NCBI GenBank assembly: GCA_051888935.1
Contig: JBJFCL010000007.1
Span: 9,124-73,123 of the forward strand
Direction: 5' to 3'
DNA: 64,000 nt
DNA from: Candidatus Caccovivens sp.
GTDB lineage: Bacteria > Bacillota > Clostridia > Christensenellales > UBA1242
Positions within the stretch are counted from its first letter, which is position 1. Each line of letters opens with the position of its first letter. A program made the position numbers and the translations under genes. Of this stretch, positions 16,227 through 25,652 are shown in pieces. The notes beneath the pieces are model-generated. The model had not been told where the DNA came from and did not search any database. It worked only from the letters and a program-made list of their open reading frames with translations.

Positions 16227-17705
16227 TTAGATGATTTGCAAACTCTTTTTAAATGTCTTTTTAAAATCGTCAGAAATCTTCATGCTTTGCATAATTTCAA
16301 ATGAAGGGTCGCTTGAAACAACTGTCTTCATAATAATAGAATCTCCCAAAATATCACAAACAATGTCATTTATGATATTTTTTCTTGAAGCATTTAAGTT
16401 GACAGCAAGATTGACAAGCACTCCCAGTTTTCTTATTGCCTCAACATCTTCGTCAGAAAGTATATCTTTGTATTTCATTATTTCTGCCAAGTTGAAGTTG
16501 TCAAGACTTTGGCAAGTGCACGCAAAAGCAGCAATCAAAATCTCTTTTTGCGTTGCCCCAGTGATGTTGGAATTTAAAATCGCATAAAACGAGTGTTTTT
16601 GATAGTTGTTAAAATTGATAAATTTCCCACAATCAAACATATAAGATGCAATTTTAAGAGGTTTTACATATGTTCTTGGCAATTTATGAACAACTTTGAG
16701 TTGTTTAAAAAGCAAGATTGCCATATCATATACATTGTTATTTATTGCCAATCCTTCTTTTTTAAATTCATAATAATTGTCCAAACTATTTTGCAAAAGG
16801 TCAGTATATTTTTCATTTGTTGCCCCAAGATTGGATATAACAACCCCCTCCAAAGCGTTTGCCGTTGAAACAAACACGCTGGAAATTTTGAGCGCATCAT
16901 ACAAAGCAGAAATAATTGCAAGACCGCCATTGAGACTTTCTGCTCCTTGTGGTCCAAGACCTTTGATTTTCTTGACTTTTTGTGCGTCAACCTCTTTGGC
17001 AAAATCGGCGACCTTTCCAACCGAAGTGTCTGAAAGTTCGTAAAAATTGTCAATATCAATTGGATAGCGATTTAGTTTTTTTGCAATGCGAGCGATATCA
17101 ATAAAACTTGCTCCACAACCGATGACCATGTCGTCCTCATAGCCTTTCACAAGAGAACATTTTTTAAGTTCTTTTTTAACAGTTGCCACCATATCGGCAC
17201 TGGAAAGCCCCATGTTTGAAAGATTGCTGTAACCAAATGGAATTGTGTTGTATTCCACCACATTGCGTCTATTAAATTTCAAAATATAAGTGCTGTAAGA
17301 ACCGATATTTATGATATAGCCTTTTGAAGTATCAATTTCAGCCATACAAGAAAAATAAGTGTATTTCACAATATCATCATCACTAGCAATAATAAAATTC
17401 ATTCCTGTGTTGGTATAAATCTCGTCCAAAAAACCACGATAATTTCTTGCTTTAACAATGATATTTGTGCAAATTGCAATCATTTTACCAACATTAAATG
17501 TTTCAATTGTATAGCGATAAATGTTCAAAATTTTGAGAATATCACTCTTTGACTTTGGACTAAAAAGACAATCTTTTGTGATGTCATTTGTAAGGTCATA
17601 ATAATTTTCAACCTCTTCCAAAATTCTGTATCTTCCATTTCTTGTTTGAACAATCAAAAGTTTAACTTTTCTCTCATCAAGTTGGATATATGCAATATTT
17701 TCCAT
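16227..17705 (-). CDS. Ppx/GppA-family phosphatase-like protein
   Basis: 492 aa with an ASKHA-like N-terminal half (INIGSYSTYILKF) and an HD-like C-terminal half (HSFYAILNSNITGATQKEILIAA). The first phosphate motif is degenerate. Confidence 0.6.
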   Translation of the reverse strand: MENIAYIQLDERKVKLLIVQTRNGRYRILEEVENYYDLTNDITKDCLFSPKSKSDILKILNIYRYTIETFNVGKMIAICTNIIVKARNYRGFLDEIYTNTGMNFIIASDDDIVKYTYFSCMAEIDTSKGYIINIGSYSTYILKFNRRNVVEYNTIPFGYSNLSNMGLSSADMVATVKKELKKCSLVKGYEDDMVIGCGASFIDIARIAKKLNRYPIDIDNFYELSDTSVGKVADFAKEVDAQKVKKIKGLGPQGAESLNGGLAIISALYDALKISSVFVSTANALEGVVISNLGATNEKYTDLLQNSLDNYYEFKKEGLAINNNVYDMAILLFKQLKVVHKLPRTYVKPLKIASYMFDCGKFINFNNYQKHSFYAILNSNITGATQKEILIAAFACTCQSLDNFNLAEIMKYKDILSDEDVEAIRKLGVLVNLAVNLNASRKNIINDIVCDILGDSIIMKTVVSSDPSFEIMQSMKISDDFKKTFKKSLQII

Positions 17706-17715
17706 AAAAAACTCC

Positions 17716-17886
17716 TTATTTGTCTAAGTCTATTGCTTCAACTGGGCAACTTGCTTGACAAGCTCCACAATGAATACATTTGTTTTTGTCAATCACTGCT
17801 TTTCCGTCTTCATCAAAAGAAATTGCTTCAACTGGGCAAATAGCAACACAAGTTCCGCAACCAATACATTTGTTTTTGTCTACCAT
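17716..17886 (-). CDS. 2x[4Fe-4S] ferredoxin (56 aa)
   Basis: Below the ORF-track size cutoff. Translation [56 protein letters not shown] has two CxxCxxCxxxCP motifs. SD AAGGAG lies upstream. The stop is 10 nt before the Ppx-like start. Confidence 0.85.
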   Translation of the reverse strand: MVDKNKCIGCGTCVAICPVEAISFDEDGKAVIDKNKCIHCGACQASCPVEAIDLDK

Positions 17887-17940
17887 AAAAATCTCCTTAT
17901 TTTATGCATTAAATATAACATAAAAATAAGATTTTGTAAA

Positions 17941-18303
17941 CTAATTTTTAAATACTTTTACAAATTCTATCACTGCCAAAACGCATAAAAAGCCACCGAA
18001 AATCATTTTTAAAATTTTTGACGGCAAAAAAGACATTAAAATTGCACCAAAAATAGAAAAAATAATTCCAAAAAAAATTATCCAAAAAATATTTTTTGTG
18101 ACGATGTAGCCGTTCTTATAATGAATAAAAATTGAAAAAATTGCCATAACCAAAAAACTTAGTAAATTTAGCCCTTGTGACAACTTTTGGTCGAACCCTA
18201 AAAAGATGGTAAGAATGGGAATAAGAAGCGTTCCACCACCCATTCCAAGTCCGCCAAAAATACCTGAAACAAAGCCCGCCAAAATATATAAAAAATAAAT
18301 CAT
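17941..18303 (-). CDS. TSUP (TauE/SafE) family half-size membrane protein, C-terminal-type half
   Basis: 120 aa, about 4 TM, GGLGMGGGTLLIPIL motif. Own GGAGGT SD. Confidence 0.7.
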   Translation of the reverse strand: MIYFLYILAGFVSGIFGGLGMGGGTLLIPILTIFLGFDQKLSQGLNLLSFLVMAIFSIFIHYKNGYIVTKNIFWIIFFGIIFSIFGAILMSFLPSKILKMIFGGFLCVLAVIEFVKVFKN

Positions 18304-18320
18304 TTTTTACCTCCAAAGCA

Positions 18321-18746
18321 TCAAAAAAGCAATCTTATCCCGCCAGCAAGCATGACAATTGCAAAGATGATTTTTAGTGCCTTTTCTGGGAGAAATTTGA
18401 GTAAATATGAGCCGACAATTCCCCCAAGAAGGACTCCGCTTCCAACTGTCAAAAAAGGCACAGTTTCAAGGTTTCCACTTAAAAAATAAATCACCGCACT
18501 AACGAAAGAAATTGGAAGAATTATCACGATTGCTGTCGCATGAGAATATTTACTGCCCAAATGAAGCACCTTTTCAAGTAGAGGAACACAAATCATTCCT
18601 CCACCTCCGCCAAAGAAGCCGTTGATAAATCCAATCAACGCTCCACACAAAGCCAAAATCACTTTGCTTTTGGCAGACAATTTGTCAGTTTTTGAAATTT
18701 CCTGAGTCTTTTTGTTCGATTTTTTAACAATTTTGTTTGCTTTCAT
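18321..18746 (-). CDS. TSUP (TauE/SafE) family half-size membrane protein, N-terminal-type half
   Basis: 141 aa, a basic N-tail then about 4 TM, FFGGGGGMICVPLL motif. Confidence 0.7.
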   Translation of the reverse strand: MKANKIVKKSNKKTQEISKTDKLSAKSKVILALCGALIGFINGFFGGGGGMICVPLLEKVLHLGSKYSHATAIVIILPISFVSAVIYFLSGNLETVPFLTVGSGVLLGGIVGSYLLKFLPEKALKIIFAIVMLAGGIRLLF

Positions 18747-18778
18747 GACAATATTGTCTTTAAAATTAAAAAAAATAT

Positions 18779-18807
18779 TTGATTATTTATAATAAATGTA
18801 TTATAAT
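18779..18807 (+). promoter_or_regulatory. Putative sigma-A promoter of the 1285-aa surface protein gene
   Basis: TTGATT (18779-18784), 17-nt spacer, TATAAT (18802-18807). Confidence 0.5.
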
Positions 18808-18839
18808 ATGTAAGTTAAACTTACAGAAAGGATAAAGGT

Positions 18840-21800
18840 ATGAAAAAACTCAAATCAATAAAAAGCAAAATTATCATGTTTATCTTCGCATTGGTGTTGC
18901 CACTCTCAGCAACCTTTGCATACACCCTTCCACAAAATGTGGCAAGAGCAGATGAAGCCTCAACAAATTATTACAATGGTTATATGAAAGAGGTAACAAT
19001 GTCGAACAACAATTTCAATTCTTCAAGTTCGACATATTCTATCAGCACAAATCTCTCTGGTTGGACTGGACAAGTTTCAAACAGCAAGACCACTGCTGGA
19101 ATTATCAACACAGGCAATTCTTTTCAAACTTATATGGCAAACACTTATCGACTTTCAAAAAATCCTCTTGCCAAAGCAACCGACCAAAAAATTTTGATGA
19201 TAAATTCCAGAACTGCTGATTCAAAAGAAAATGCAACTGCAAGACAAGGATACAAGTCAAACACAATAAGTTTGGACGCAAATTCATATTATTCATTTCA
19301 AGTGTCATTCAAAAATGACACAAACTACAATTCATATGATGCGTATGTTGATGCAGGCATTGTGGACGCAGACACAACAATAAGCAAAGACACATTTGCC
19401 AAAAAGGTCGATGACAAGGTTGTAAAATTTGGAAACTATATCAGTTTTTCATACAAAGGCAAAGAGTATTATCTCTTGAAAGAACTCACACCTGCTTCAC
19501 CTCTCTCCGTGGATATGAACGATGTTTCTTTCTTCTATGAAGACGAAGAATATTATGGTTTCACACTTGAAGATGGTAAAGCAGTTTATGTAAACAAAGA
19601 AAATGTTCAAGTTAACACAGAAGCAGACCAAACAAAATATAGCATTTCTTCTGGAACTGAACTTTTCACTTGCAACCTTGAATACAACTCTGTCAATTCA
19701 AATTACAAAGTTTCTGCCGGAACAAAATATTACAAAACTCAAAAAGAATACACCTCCCTCAATGACTATGTTTATGGTTCAATCTATTTGGACGGCTTGA
19801 AAGACAGTGACGGCAATGCAGTTAAAGCAGAATATGTCAAAGTTTCTTCAAAAGAATGGATTACTTTCTACTTCTTTGTGGCAACTGGAAATGAAAGTCA
19901 AAGTGTCAATATGCAATTGTGGCTTGGTGGCATGGGCGAAGGACGCGAAAGCAGTGGCGTTGTGTTCTATGACGATTGTCATGTATATCAATACAGCGAA
20001 AATCAATTCTGGAAGATTTACAGTTCATATATTGGCAAAACCTACACCCAAGAAGTTACTATTGGCTCCGAAACAACCACACAGGTTTACAGTTGTTCAA
20101 GTCTTCTTGATTTGAGAGAAACAAAAACACTTCAAATGCCAGAAGAATACAATTTCGGCTTTGAAGCAGGTTCATACAATGCTGATGGTTCTCCAATCAA
20201 AAACTGGACAAAGACAGGAAGCGGAAATGCCCAAGTTTTCAACAATTTGTCAGCACAAGGATTTAAGAGCGCAACAGGTTATGATTTTGTTGGTTCAACA
20301 CTTTCTGCAACAGCAGAAATTGATGGAGAAACAGTAAATATCACTCCAAACAACTATGTCCTTGGATTTTGGGCAGACAATCAATATGTTAAAGCAACAT
20401 CAAAAAACATCAACATAAATGCAAACGAAATCTTGAAAGTGACCGCTCACTACAAAGTTTCAGAACTTTCAAGTGGAAAAGTTTATATGTTTGTTGAGGA
20501 AAACAACAGCGTTATAAATGGAAAATATGGACTCACAGACAGTCAATACACTTTGACAAAAGAAACAGCAAGCACTGGTGTATCAACAAATGGTTCAAGT
20601 GCATTCAACAACAACTATGGCACCATTGAATTCTATGTAAAAGGTGGTGTGCTTTACAACTCTTCCTTCAACATCAGTCTTGGACTTGGAAAAGCAGACG
20701 AACTCGCAACTGGTGCAGTTGTGTTTGACGATATAACAATCGAAAAAGCATCGTCCGCAGATTATGAAGGTGCAACAAACAAAGTGGCATTTTCAACATA
20801 TAGTGGAAGCACAACAATTACAAACGGCAATTTCAACAATATCACAATAAACAATGATAGCACTGCCCCATTCTCACCTGATGGTTGGACAATCACAAAG
20901 GGAAGCGGAACAACATTTGCAGGCGTTATCAACACAGAGGACAGCGTTTATCAATCATATAGAGCAGAATATGAAAGATTGAGAGATGAAGGAGTTGAGG
21001 CATACAACAACCCATATTTGTGGGCAGGCTCTTACTCAAATCCAAAAAATTGCTATGGCTCGACAGTTGACCCAGACAATATCCTAATGATTTCAAATAT
21101 GACTTCATCTTGGCAAAAGGTTCAATCATCAAACATATCACTCACCGCAAGCGGAACACAGAAAATCAGTTTCAAATACAACACTGCTTCTTCAATCAAA
21201 GTTTGTGTTTACGGAAAAGATGGATTTAAACTTTATGAATCCGCCCCACTCACCTCAAACGGCAGTTGGAGTGACTTCGAAATCTATCTCAAATCAATCG
21301 CAGGAACAAACGAAGTTTATGTGACAATTGAACTTGGAAATGAAGACAATCTTGTTCAAGGCTTTGCATATTTTGACAACTTTGAACTTAAAACTGTTTC
21401 CAGCACAACTTTTGACAGCAAAGCGGAAACAAAAAATGACAGTTTGTATGGAGTTGTTGATATGACAAATTTCTATCTCAACCTCCCAACAAACAACATC
21501 ACAAACGACATTAATTTGGACGCCACCCCAGCATACAAAGGAATTCTTTCAAGCGGAGATAAAGGAACAAACTATGGTGGAGTTGTAAAAAGCGACAAAT
21601 TTGAAAACTCCGAAATTTTCAATATTGAGGGCGAAAGCACAAATGTATTCTTCATCAACAATCAAGTGGCTGGCGGATACATCATACAATCCAATTATGG
21701 ACTTGACCTCTCTGCTGATAATTATTATGTTTTGACATTTAAGATAAAGACCAATTTTGCCACACTTGCAAACGAACTAGACGAAGACGAAAAATCTTAT

Positions 21801-22697
21801 GGTGCGACTGTTGGACTTACAGGTTATGATTATTTGACAGAAATTAAGACAACTGGCGACGAATATCAAACCTACTCAATTTACTTCAAACCAACCGAAA
21901 CAAAAACAGCAAACTTGTATATTGCACTAGTTAGCGGTTCAAACAAAACTGCTGGAAGTATGGTTCTCTATGACCTTGCTTTTGAAGAAACAGATGAAGA
22001 CACATACAATTCTGCTGTTGACACAACAAAAAAAGAAGACTATGACCAAAATTCTGACAATGTTTTTGTTGCAAACGCAGAAGACAGCACAGAAACTGAC
22101 TCTGACCCAGACACTGAAACTGACTCCGACGCAGACACAAATTCAAATGATTTCAGTTGGTTGCTTCTTACTTCAACTCTCATTACTGGTCTTGCCATTG
22201 TAATCGCCATTGTTGGCTGGGCACTTAGAAAAGTAAAAATTAAGAAGATAGAGAGAAAACGCAAAGAAACTTATGACAGAAAGTCAAGTTTAAACATTGA
22301 CCACATCAAACAAAAAGCAAAGAAACAAAGAGATGCAGAAGTGGCAGATGTTCAAAACACAATAGGCAAATTCCAAAAAGAACTTGATTCTTTGGAAGCA
22401 GAACACAAGCAAAAAGTACTCATGCTCCGTGACAAAGACAAAGGTCAAATGTCCAAAGAAACAGACAAAGAATTTAAATTGTTTGCTAAAAAGCGTACTG
22501 TTATTGCAGAAAAGATTGACTCCTTAAATAAACATGTTGAAGAACTCAAATCCCCTGAATATTTGCTTTCTCTTGAAAGAAGAGTTTATGTTGAAGAAGA
22601 AATGAAACGCAGAGAACTTGAAAAAGTTTCAAAAAAAGCAAATAAACAGCAAGAACTTCAAGCAGAAACAAAAAACACAGATGTTAAAAAGAAATAA
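18840..22697 (+). CDS. Large type-I membrane protein: signal peptide, four CBM/galactose-binding-like beta-sandwich modules, acidic spacer, TM, Lys/Glu-rich cytoplasmic tail
   Basis: Signal peptide MKKLKSIKSKIIMFIFALVLPLSATFA. Repeated module openings NFN...GWT and module endings VVFYDDCHVYQYS, VVFDDITIEKAS, FAYFDNFELKTVS, MVLYDLAFEETDE. Spacer DSTETDSDPDTETDSDADTNS, TM WLLLTSTLITGLAIVIAIVGWAL, then a 156-aa charged tail. Confidence 0.75.
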   Translation: MKKLKSIKSKIIMFIFALVLPLSATFAYTLPQNVARADEASTNYYNGYMKEVTMSNNNFNSSSSTYSISTNLSGWTGQVSNSKTTAGIINTGNSFQTYMANTYRLSKNPLAKATDQKILMINSRTADSKENATARQGYKSNTISLDANSYYSFQVSFKNDTNYNSYDAYVDAGIVDADTTISKDTFAKKVDDKVVKFGNYISFSYKGKEYYLLKELTPASPLSVDMNDVSFFYEDEEYYGFTLEDGKAVYVNKENVQVNTEADQTKYSISSGTELFTCNLEYNSVNSNYKVSAGTKYYKTQKEYTSLNDYVYGSIYLDGLKDSDGNAVKAEYVKVSSKEWITFYFFVATGNESQSVNMQLWLGGMGEGRESSGVVFYDDCHVYQYSENQFWKIYSSYIGKTYTQEVTIGSETTTQVYSCSSLLDLRETKTLQMPEEYNFGFEAGSYNADGSPIKNWTKTGSGNAQVFNNLSAQGFKSATGYDFVGSTLSATAEIDGETVNITPNNYVLGFWADNQYVKATSKNININANEILKVTAHYKVSELSSGKVYMFVEENNSVINGKYGLTDSQYTLTKETASTGVSTNGSSAFNNNYGTIEFYVKGGVLYNSSFNISLGLGKADELATGAVVFDDITIEKASSADYEGATNKVAFSTYSGSTTITNGNFNNITINNDSTAPFSPDGWTITKGSGTTFAGVINTEDSVYQSYRAEYERLRDEGVEAYNNPYLWAGSYSNPKNCYGSTVDPDNILMISNMTSSWQKVQSSNISLTASGTQKISFKYNTASSIKVCVYGKDGFKLYESAPLTSNGSWSDFEIYLKSIAGTNEVYVTIELGNEDNLVQGFAYFDNFELKTVSSTTFDSKAETKNDSLYGVVDMTNFYLNLPTNNITNDINLDATPAYKGILSSGDKGTNYGGVVKSDKFENSEIFNIEGESTNVFFINNQVAGGYIIQSNYGLDLSADNYYVLTFKIKTNFATLANELDEDEKSYGATVGLTGYDYLTEIKTTGDEYQTYSIYFKPTETKTANLYIALVSGSNKTAGSMVLYDLAFEETDEDTYNSAVDTTKKEDYDQNSDNVFVANAEDSTETDSDPDTETDSDADTNSNDFSWLLLTSTLITGLAIVIAIVGWALRKVKIKKIERKRKETYDRKSSLNIDHIKQKAKKQRDAEVADVQNTIGKFQKELDSLEAEHKQKVLMLRDKDKGQMSKETDKEFKLFAKKRTVIAEKIDSLNKHVEELKSPEYLLSLERRVYVEEEMKRRELEKVSKKANKQQELQAETKNTDVKKK

Positions 22698-22726
22698 TTT
22701 TTGACAAAAACTTGTTTTAAAACAAT

Positions 22727-22757
22727 AAAAAAGATGTCGCAATTGACATCTTTTTTT
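22727..22757. terminator. Bidirectional terminator between convergent genes
   Basis: GATGTC (22733-22738) / GACATC (22745-22750), extended by flanking A6/T7 runs. Confidence 0.7.
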
Positions 22758-22793
22758 ATGGTTTATTTTGTTTAAAAAATTTGAAAAAGCATA

Positions 22794-23294
22794 TTAGAAA
22801 TCATCGTCATCGTCGAATTCTTCTTCCTCTTCGTCTTCATCTTCTTCGTCGTCGAGGTCGTCATCGCCAAACTCATCATCAAGTTCTTCGTCCAATTCGT
22901 CGAGGTCATCATCGCCCAAACTGTCATCAAAACCAATTCCAGAATCAATATCATCATCAAGTGGGTCATCATCGAAATCAGTTACACTTGCCATTTCACC
23001 TGTTTCTTCATCGTCATAGACAATTTCTTCTTCATCACGATTGATATATTCTTCCCAATCAGTTGAGATTTCTCCATCTTCGGTTTGATGGTCCTTCAAA
23101 CAACTTGCACACATGATTTCATCAGGTTGAATGTAGTTTGTTTTACAAATTGGACAAAGTTCAAGGTCAAGGTCACTGATAAAACTATCTTTATTTGCTG
23201 ACATTTCCGCTTTGCAAACAGAACAATATTTGTCTTTCTTTTCAATATAGTTAAGTTCGCATCTTGGACATCTGACATACACAGGTTTTTTCAT
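22794..23294 (-). CDS. Double zinc-ribbon protein with a ~75-aa poly-acidic C-terminal tail
   Basis: Start at ATG 23294 (MKKPVYVRCPRCELNY...). Two CxxC-x12-13-CxxC units, then a tail of almost only D/E ending EEEEEFDDDDDF. Confidence 0.7.
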   Translation of the reverse strand: MKKPVYVRCPRCELNYIEKKDKYCSVCKAEMSANKDSFISDLDLELCPICKTNYIQPDEIMCASCLKDHQTEDGEISTDWEEYINRDEEEIVYDDEETGEMASVTDFDDDPLDDDIDSGIGFDDSLGDDDLDELDEELDDEFGDDDLDDEEDEDEEEEEFDDDDDF

Positions 23295-23350
23295 AAACGC
23301 TCCTTTATTGCTATGTATTCTACATACATTTATATTTATTGTCAACTAAT

Positions 23351-23992
23351 TTAATTAACTTTTTTCAAAAGATTGGCCTCTGCTTGGGAAGGTCGCAGAT
23401 ACATTGGATTTAGGTCAGAAACTTCAACAAATTTTCCTTCATTTTCTTTCTTGCAAGCAAAATCAAGCAAATCCTCACTGTTGAGTCCAATTTCTTCACC
23501 GCATTTTAAGTCGCCTTTAAGCACAAAAATTGGCAATTCTATTGCAGACAATTCTTCCTTTGTTATCATTGACTCCTCTTGCAATTTTATGCCTTCTTTG
23601 TCAAAATATGCAACAAAATATAAATCTGACAAAGCATTTAGGGCACAAACAAAATTTCCGTTTGCCAAATTTTGCTTTGCAACAACAAATGCCATCAATT
23701 CCAATGACGAAAGTGGCAAAAATTTTAGATTCTTATTTGCACAGCCAAGAGCCTTCGCAATCGCTGTTCCAATTCTAAGTCCAGTAAATGAACCTGGGCC
23801 AACCACAACCGCCACTGTCTGAGTGTTCAAGACTTCAACATTCGCGTCTTCGCACATTTGGTCGATTGTAAAAAGGACATTTTCCGAATGTTTACTGCGT
23901 GCGTCGAGTTCTTTTAAAACCACTTTATCACCCGATTTAAGTGCCAAATTCGCTGTCAAAAACGCTGTGTTAATTGCTAGCATTGTCCCCAT
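23351..23992 (-). CDS. tsaB: tRNA t6A biosynthesis protein TsaB
   Basis: GPGSFTGLRIG motif, 213 aa, overlaps the tsaE end. Confidence 0.85.
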   Translation of the reverse strand: MGTMLAINTAFLTANLALKSGDKVVLKELDARSKHSENVLFTIDQMCEDANVEVLNTQTVAVVVGPGSFTGLRIGTAIAKALGCANKNLKFLPLSSLELMAFVVAKQNLANGNFVCALNALSDLYFVAYFDKEGIKLQEESMITKEELSAIELPIFVLKGDLKCGEEIGLNSEDLLDFACKKENEGKFVEVSDLNPMYLRPSQAEANLLKKVN

Positions 23993-24416
23993 TCTCCTTA
24001 ATTACAAAAATTCTTTCATGCTCTCCATTTTTTGTGATGGTCACTTCATAGTCCACCGAATTTATAAGTCCCTCAACATTTTCTGGCCATTCCACAAAGC
24101 AAACCCCATCAAGACTATTCTTGTCGAAATATTCTTCAAACCCAATATTTCTTGCTTCTTCGGCTGACGAAAGTCTGTACATATCAAAATGATATATTGG
24201 AAATCTGCCATTATATGTGTTCAACAAAGTAAATGTTGGACTGGTCACAAGGTCGTCACACCCAAGGGATTTGACAACTTCTTTTACAAACGTTGTCTTT
24301 CCACTTCCCAAATCACCTTTGAGCAACACCACCATTGGTGGATTTAATGCGTTTGCAAATGCCGAAGCAAGCGCCTTTGTTTGTTTAAGGTCTTTTATTT
24401 CCATTTTTATTCTCAT
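23970..24416 (-). CDS. tsaE: tRNA t6A biosynthesis ATPase TsaE
   Basis: GDLGSGKTTFVK Walker A, and YHFDMYRL typical of YjeE/TsaE. Confidence 0.85.
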   Translation of the reverse strand: MRIKMEIKDLKQTKALASAFANALNPPMVVLLKGDLGSGKTTFVKEVVKSLGCDDLVTSPTFTLLNTYNGRFPIYHFDMYRLSSAEEARNIGFEEYFDKNSLDGVCFVEWPENVEGLINSVDYEVTITKNGEHERIFVIKENGDNASN

Positions 24417-24957
24417 AGTTTTTCCTCTTCTTCTCCCAAAAATACATTAGTGTCAATCCCAGCCCACAGAAAACTGCTGAAAGAGCAACCCCTGCCAAGA
24501 CATCTGTCAAATAATGTTTTCCAAGATACATTCTTGACAGACAAACCAGTCCGACATACAGACTGCAAGCAAGCACGATTCCGACTCTCATTCCTTTGGA
24601 TTTATACTTCGTAAATAAAAAGTACCCCAAAAATATGGCAATTGCAGTGGCACAAGCGGCATGTCCACTTGGAAAACTGTAATCCGTCACAACATCTCCA
24701 ATATTGACAATGGTGTCCGTCACATTAAAAGGTCGAATTCTCTCAACCCAATTTTTGAGCAAATTCACAAACAAATAAACAAAACCATAGGAAAACAGAA
24801 ACCAAAACGCGAATTTTCTTTTAAATAGCAAAAAGAATAATACAAGCACAACCGCTCCAACAACACTGCCTATGCCCGAAATAATTTGAAATGTCCTGTC
24901 AAAAAAGACATTTCTTCCTGCTTGCAAAAATTCAATAATTTTAATCTCAAAATCCAT
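24385..24957 (-). CDS. PAP2-family phosphatase (undecaprenyl-diphosphatase-like)
   Basis: Motifs SFPSGHAA and SRMYLGKHYLTDV, multi-TM. Start set at ATG 24957; the track start is a TTG extension. Confidence 0.75.
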   Translation of the reverse strand: MDFEIKIIEFLQAGRNVFFDRTFQIISGIGSVVGAVVLVLFFLLFKRKFAFWFLFSYGFVYLFVNLLKNWVERIRPFNVTDTIVNIGDVVTDYSFPSGHAACATAIAIFLGYFLFTKYKSKGMRVGIVLACSLYVGLVCLSRMYLGKHYLTDVLAGVALSAVFCGLGLTLMYFWEKKRKNYENKNGNKRP

Positions 24958-25076
24958 GCATTTATTGTAACAAATATTGACAAAAAATACAAACAAAACA
25001 CAAATTTATCGAATTTTCTTAAAAAATAATGCCATTACACATTGACAAATCCATAAATAATCAAAAAAGAAAGTCC

Positions 25077-25652
25077 TCAAACTTTCTTTTTGCTGATGCT
25101 AATGCCATTTTCAATTTCATATATTTTTGTTTCAAAATCGCTGTCATTTTCAATTTCATCAATAAACTTACGCAAATTAACGACAATCGTGCGGTGTTTA
25201 TGCGCCACTGGACCCTCTTTTTTTACTAATCCATAAAACAAAATATCGTCTGCAACAAGATATCCACCAACATTCATCAGTTTTTTTAAATATGGAAGAT
25301 ATTTGAAATATTGTCCTTTTGCTCCGTCCAAAAAAATCAAATCAAACTTGTCTTCTGCGACTTTTAAATATTCCATAGCATCACAATTTTTGACTTCAAA
25401 TTGACCATGATATTTCTGTAAATTTTCACGAGCATCATGAGCATTTTTTTCATCAATTTCAATTGTAACAACATATTTTGCACCTGCTTCAAGCATGGCA
25501 CAAGCAGAATAGCCAATAAATGTTCCTATTTCCAACACTCGTTTGGGTTGTATTTCTTTTACCAAATCCAACAAAATTTCGCGTGAATGTTCCCTAATTA
25601 TTGGACGATATTTTTTATCTGCAAATCCGACCAGTTCTTCTTTCTCTTTCAT
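25077..25652 (-). CDS. Class I SAM-dependent O-methyltransferase (family 3, YrrM/TrmR-like)
   Basis: VLEIGTFIGYS, FDLIFLDGAKGQY, GGYLVADDILFYG. Confidence 0.75.
   Translation of the reverse strand: MKEKEELVGFADKKYRPIIREHSREILLDLVKEIQPKRVLEIGTFIGYSACAMLEAGAKYVVTIEIDEKNAHDARENLQKYHGQFEVKNCDAMEYLKVAEDKFDLIFLDGAKGQYFKYLPYLKKLMNVGGYLVADDILFYGLVKKEGPVAHKHRTIVVNLRKFIDEIENDSDFETKIYEIENGISISKKKV

Noticed and set aside
22781-23044. 87-aa plus-strand R/H-rich ORF, and apparent triplet-repeat DNA at 22797-22960
   Set aside because: This is the mirror image of the poly-Asp/Glu coding tail on the minus strand (GAx codons read in reverse). It is not an independent gene or satellite.
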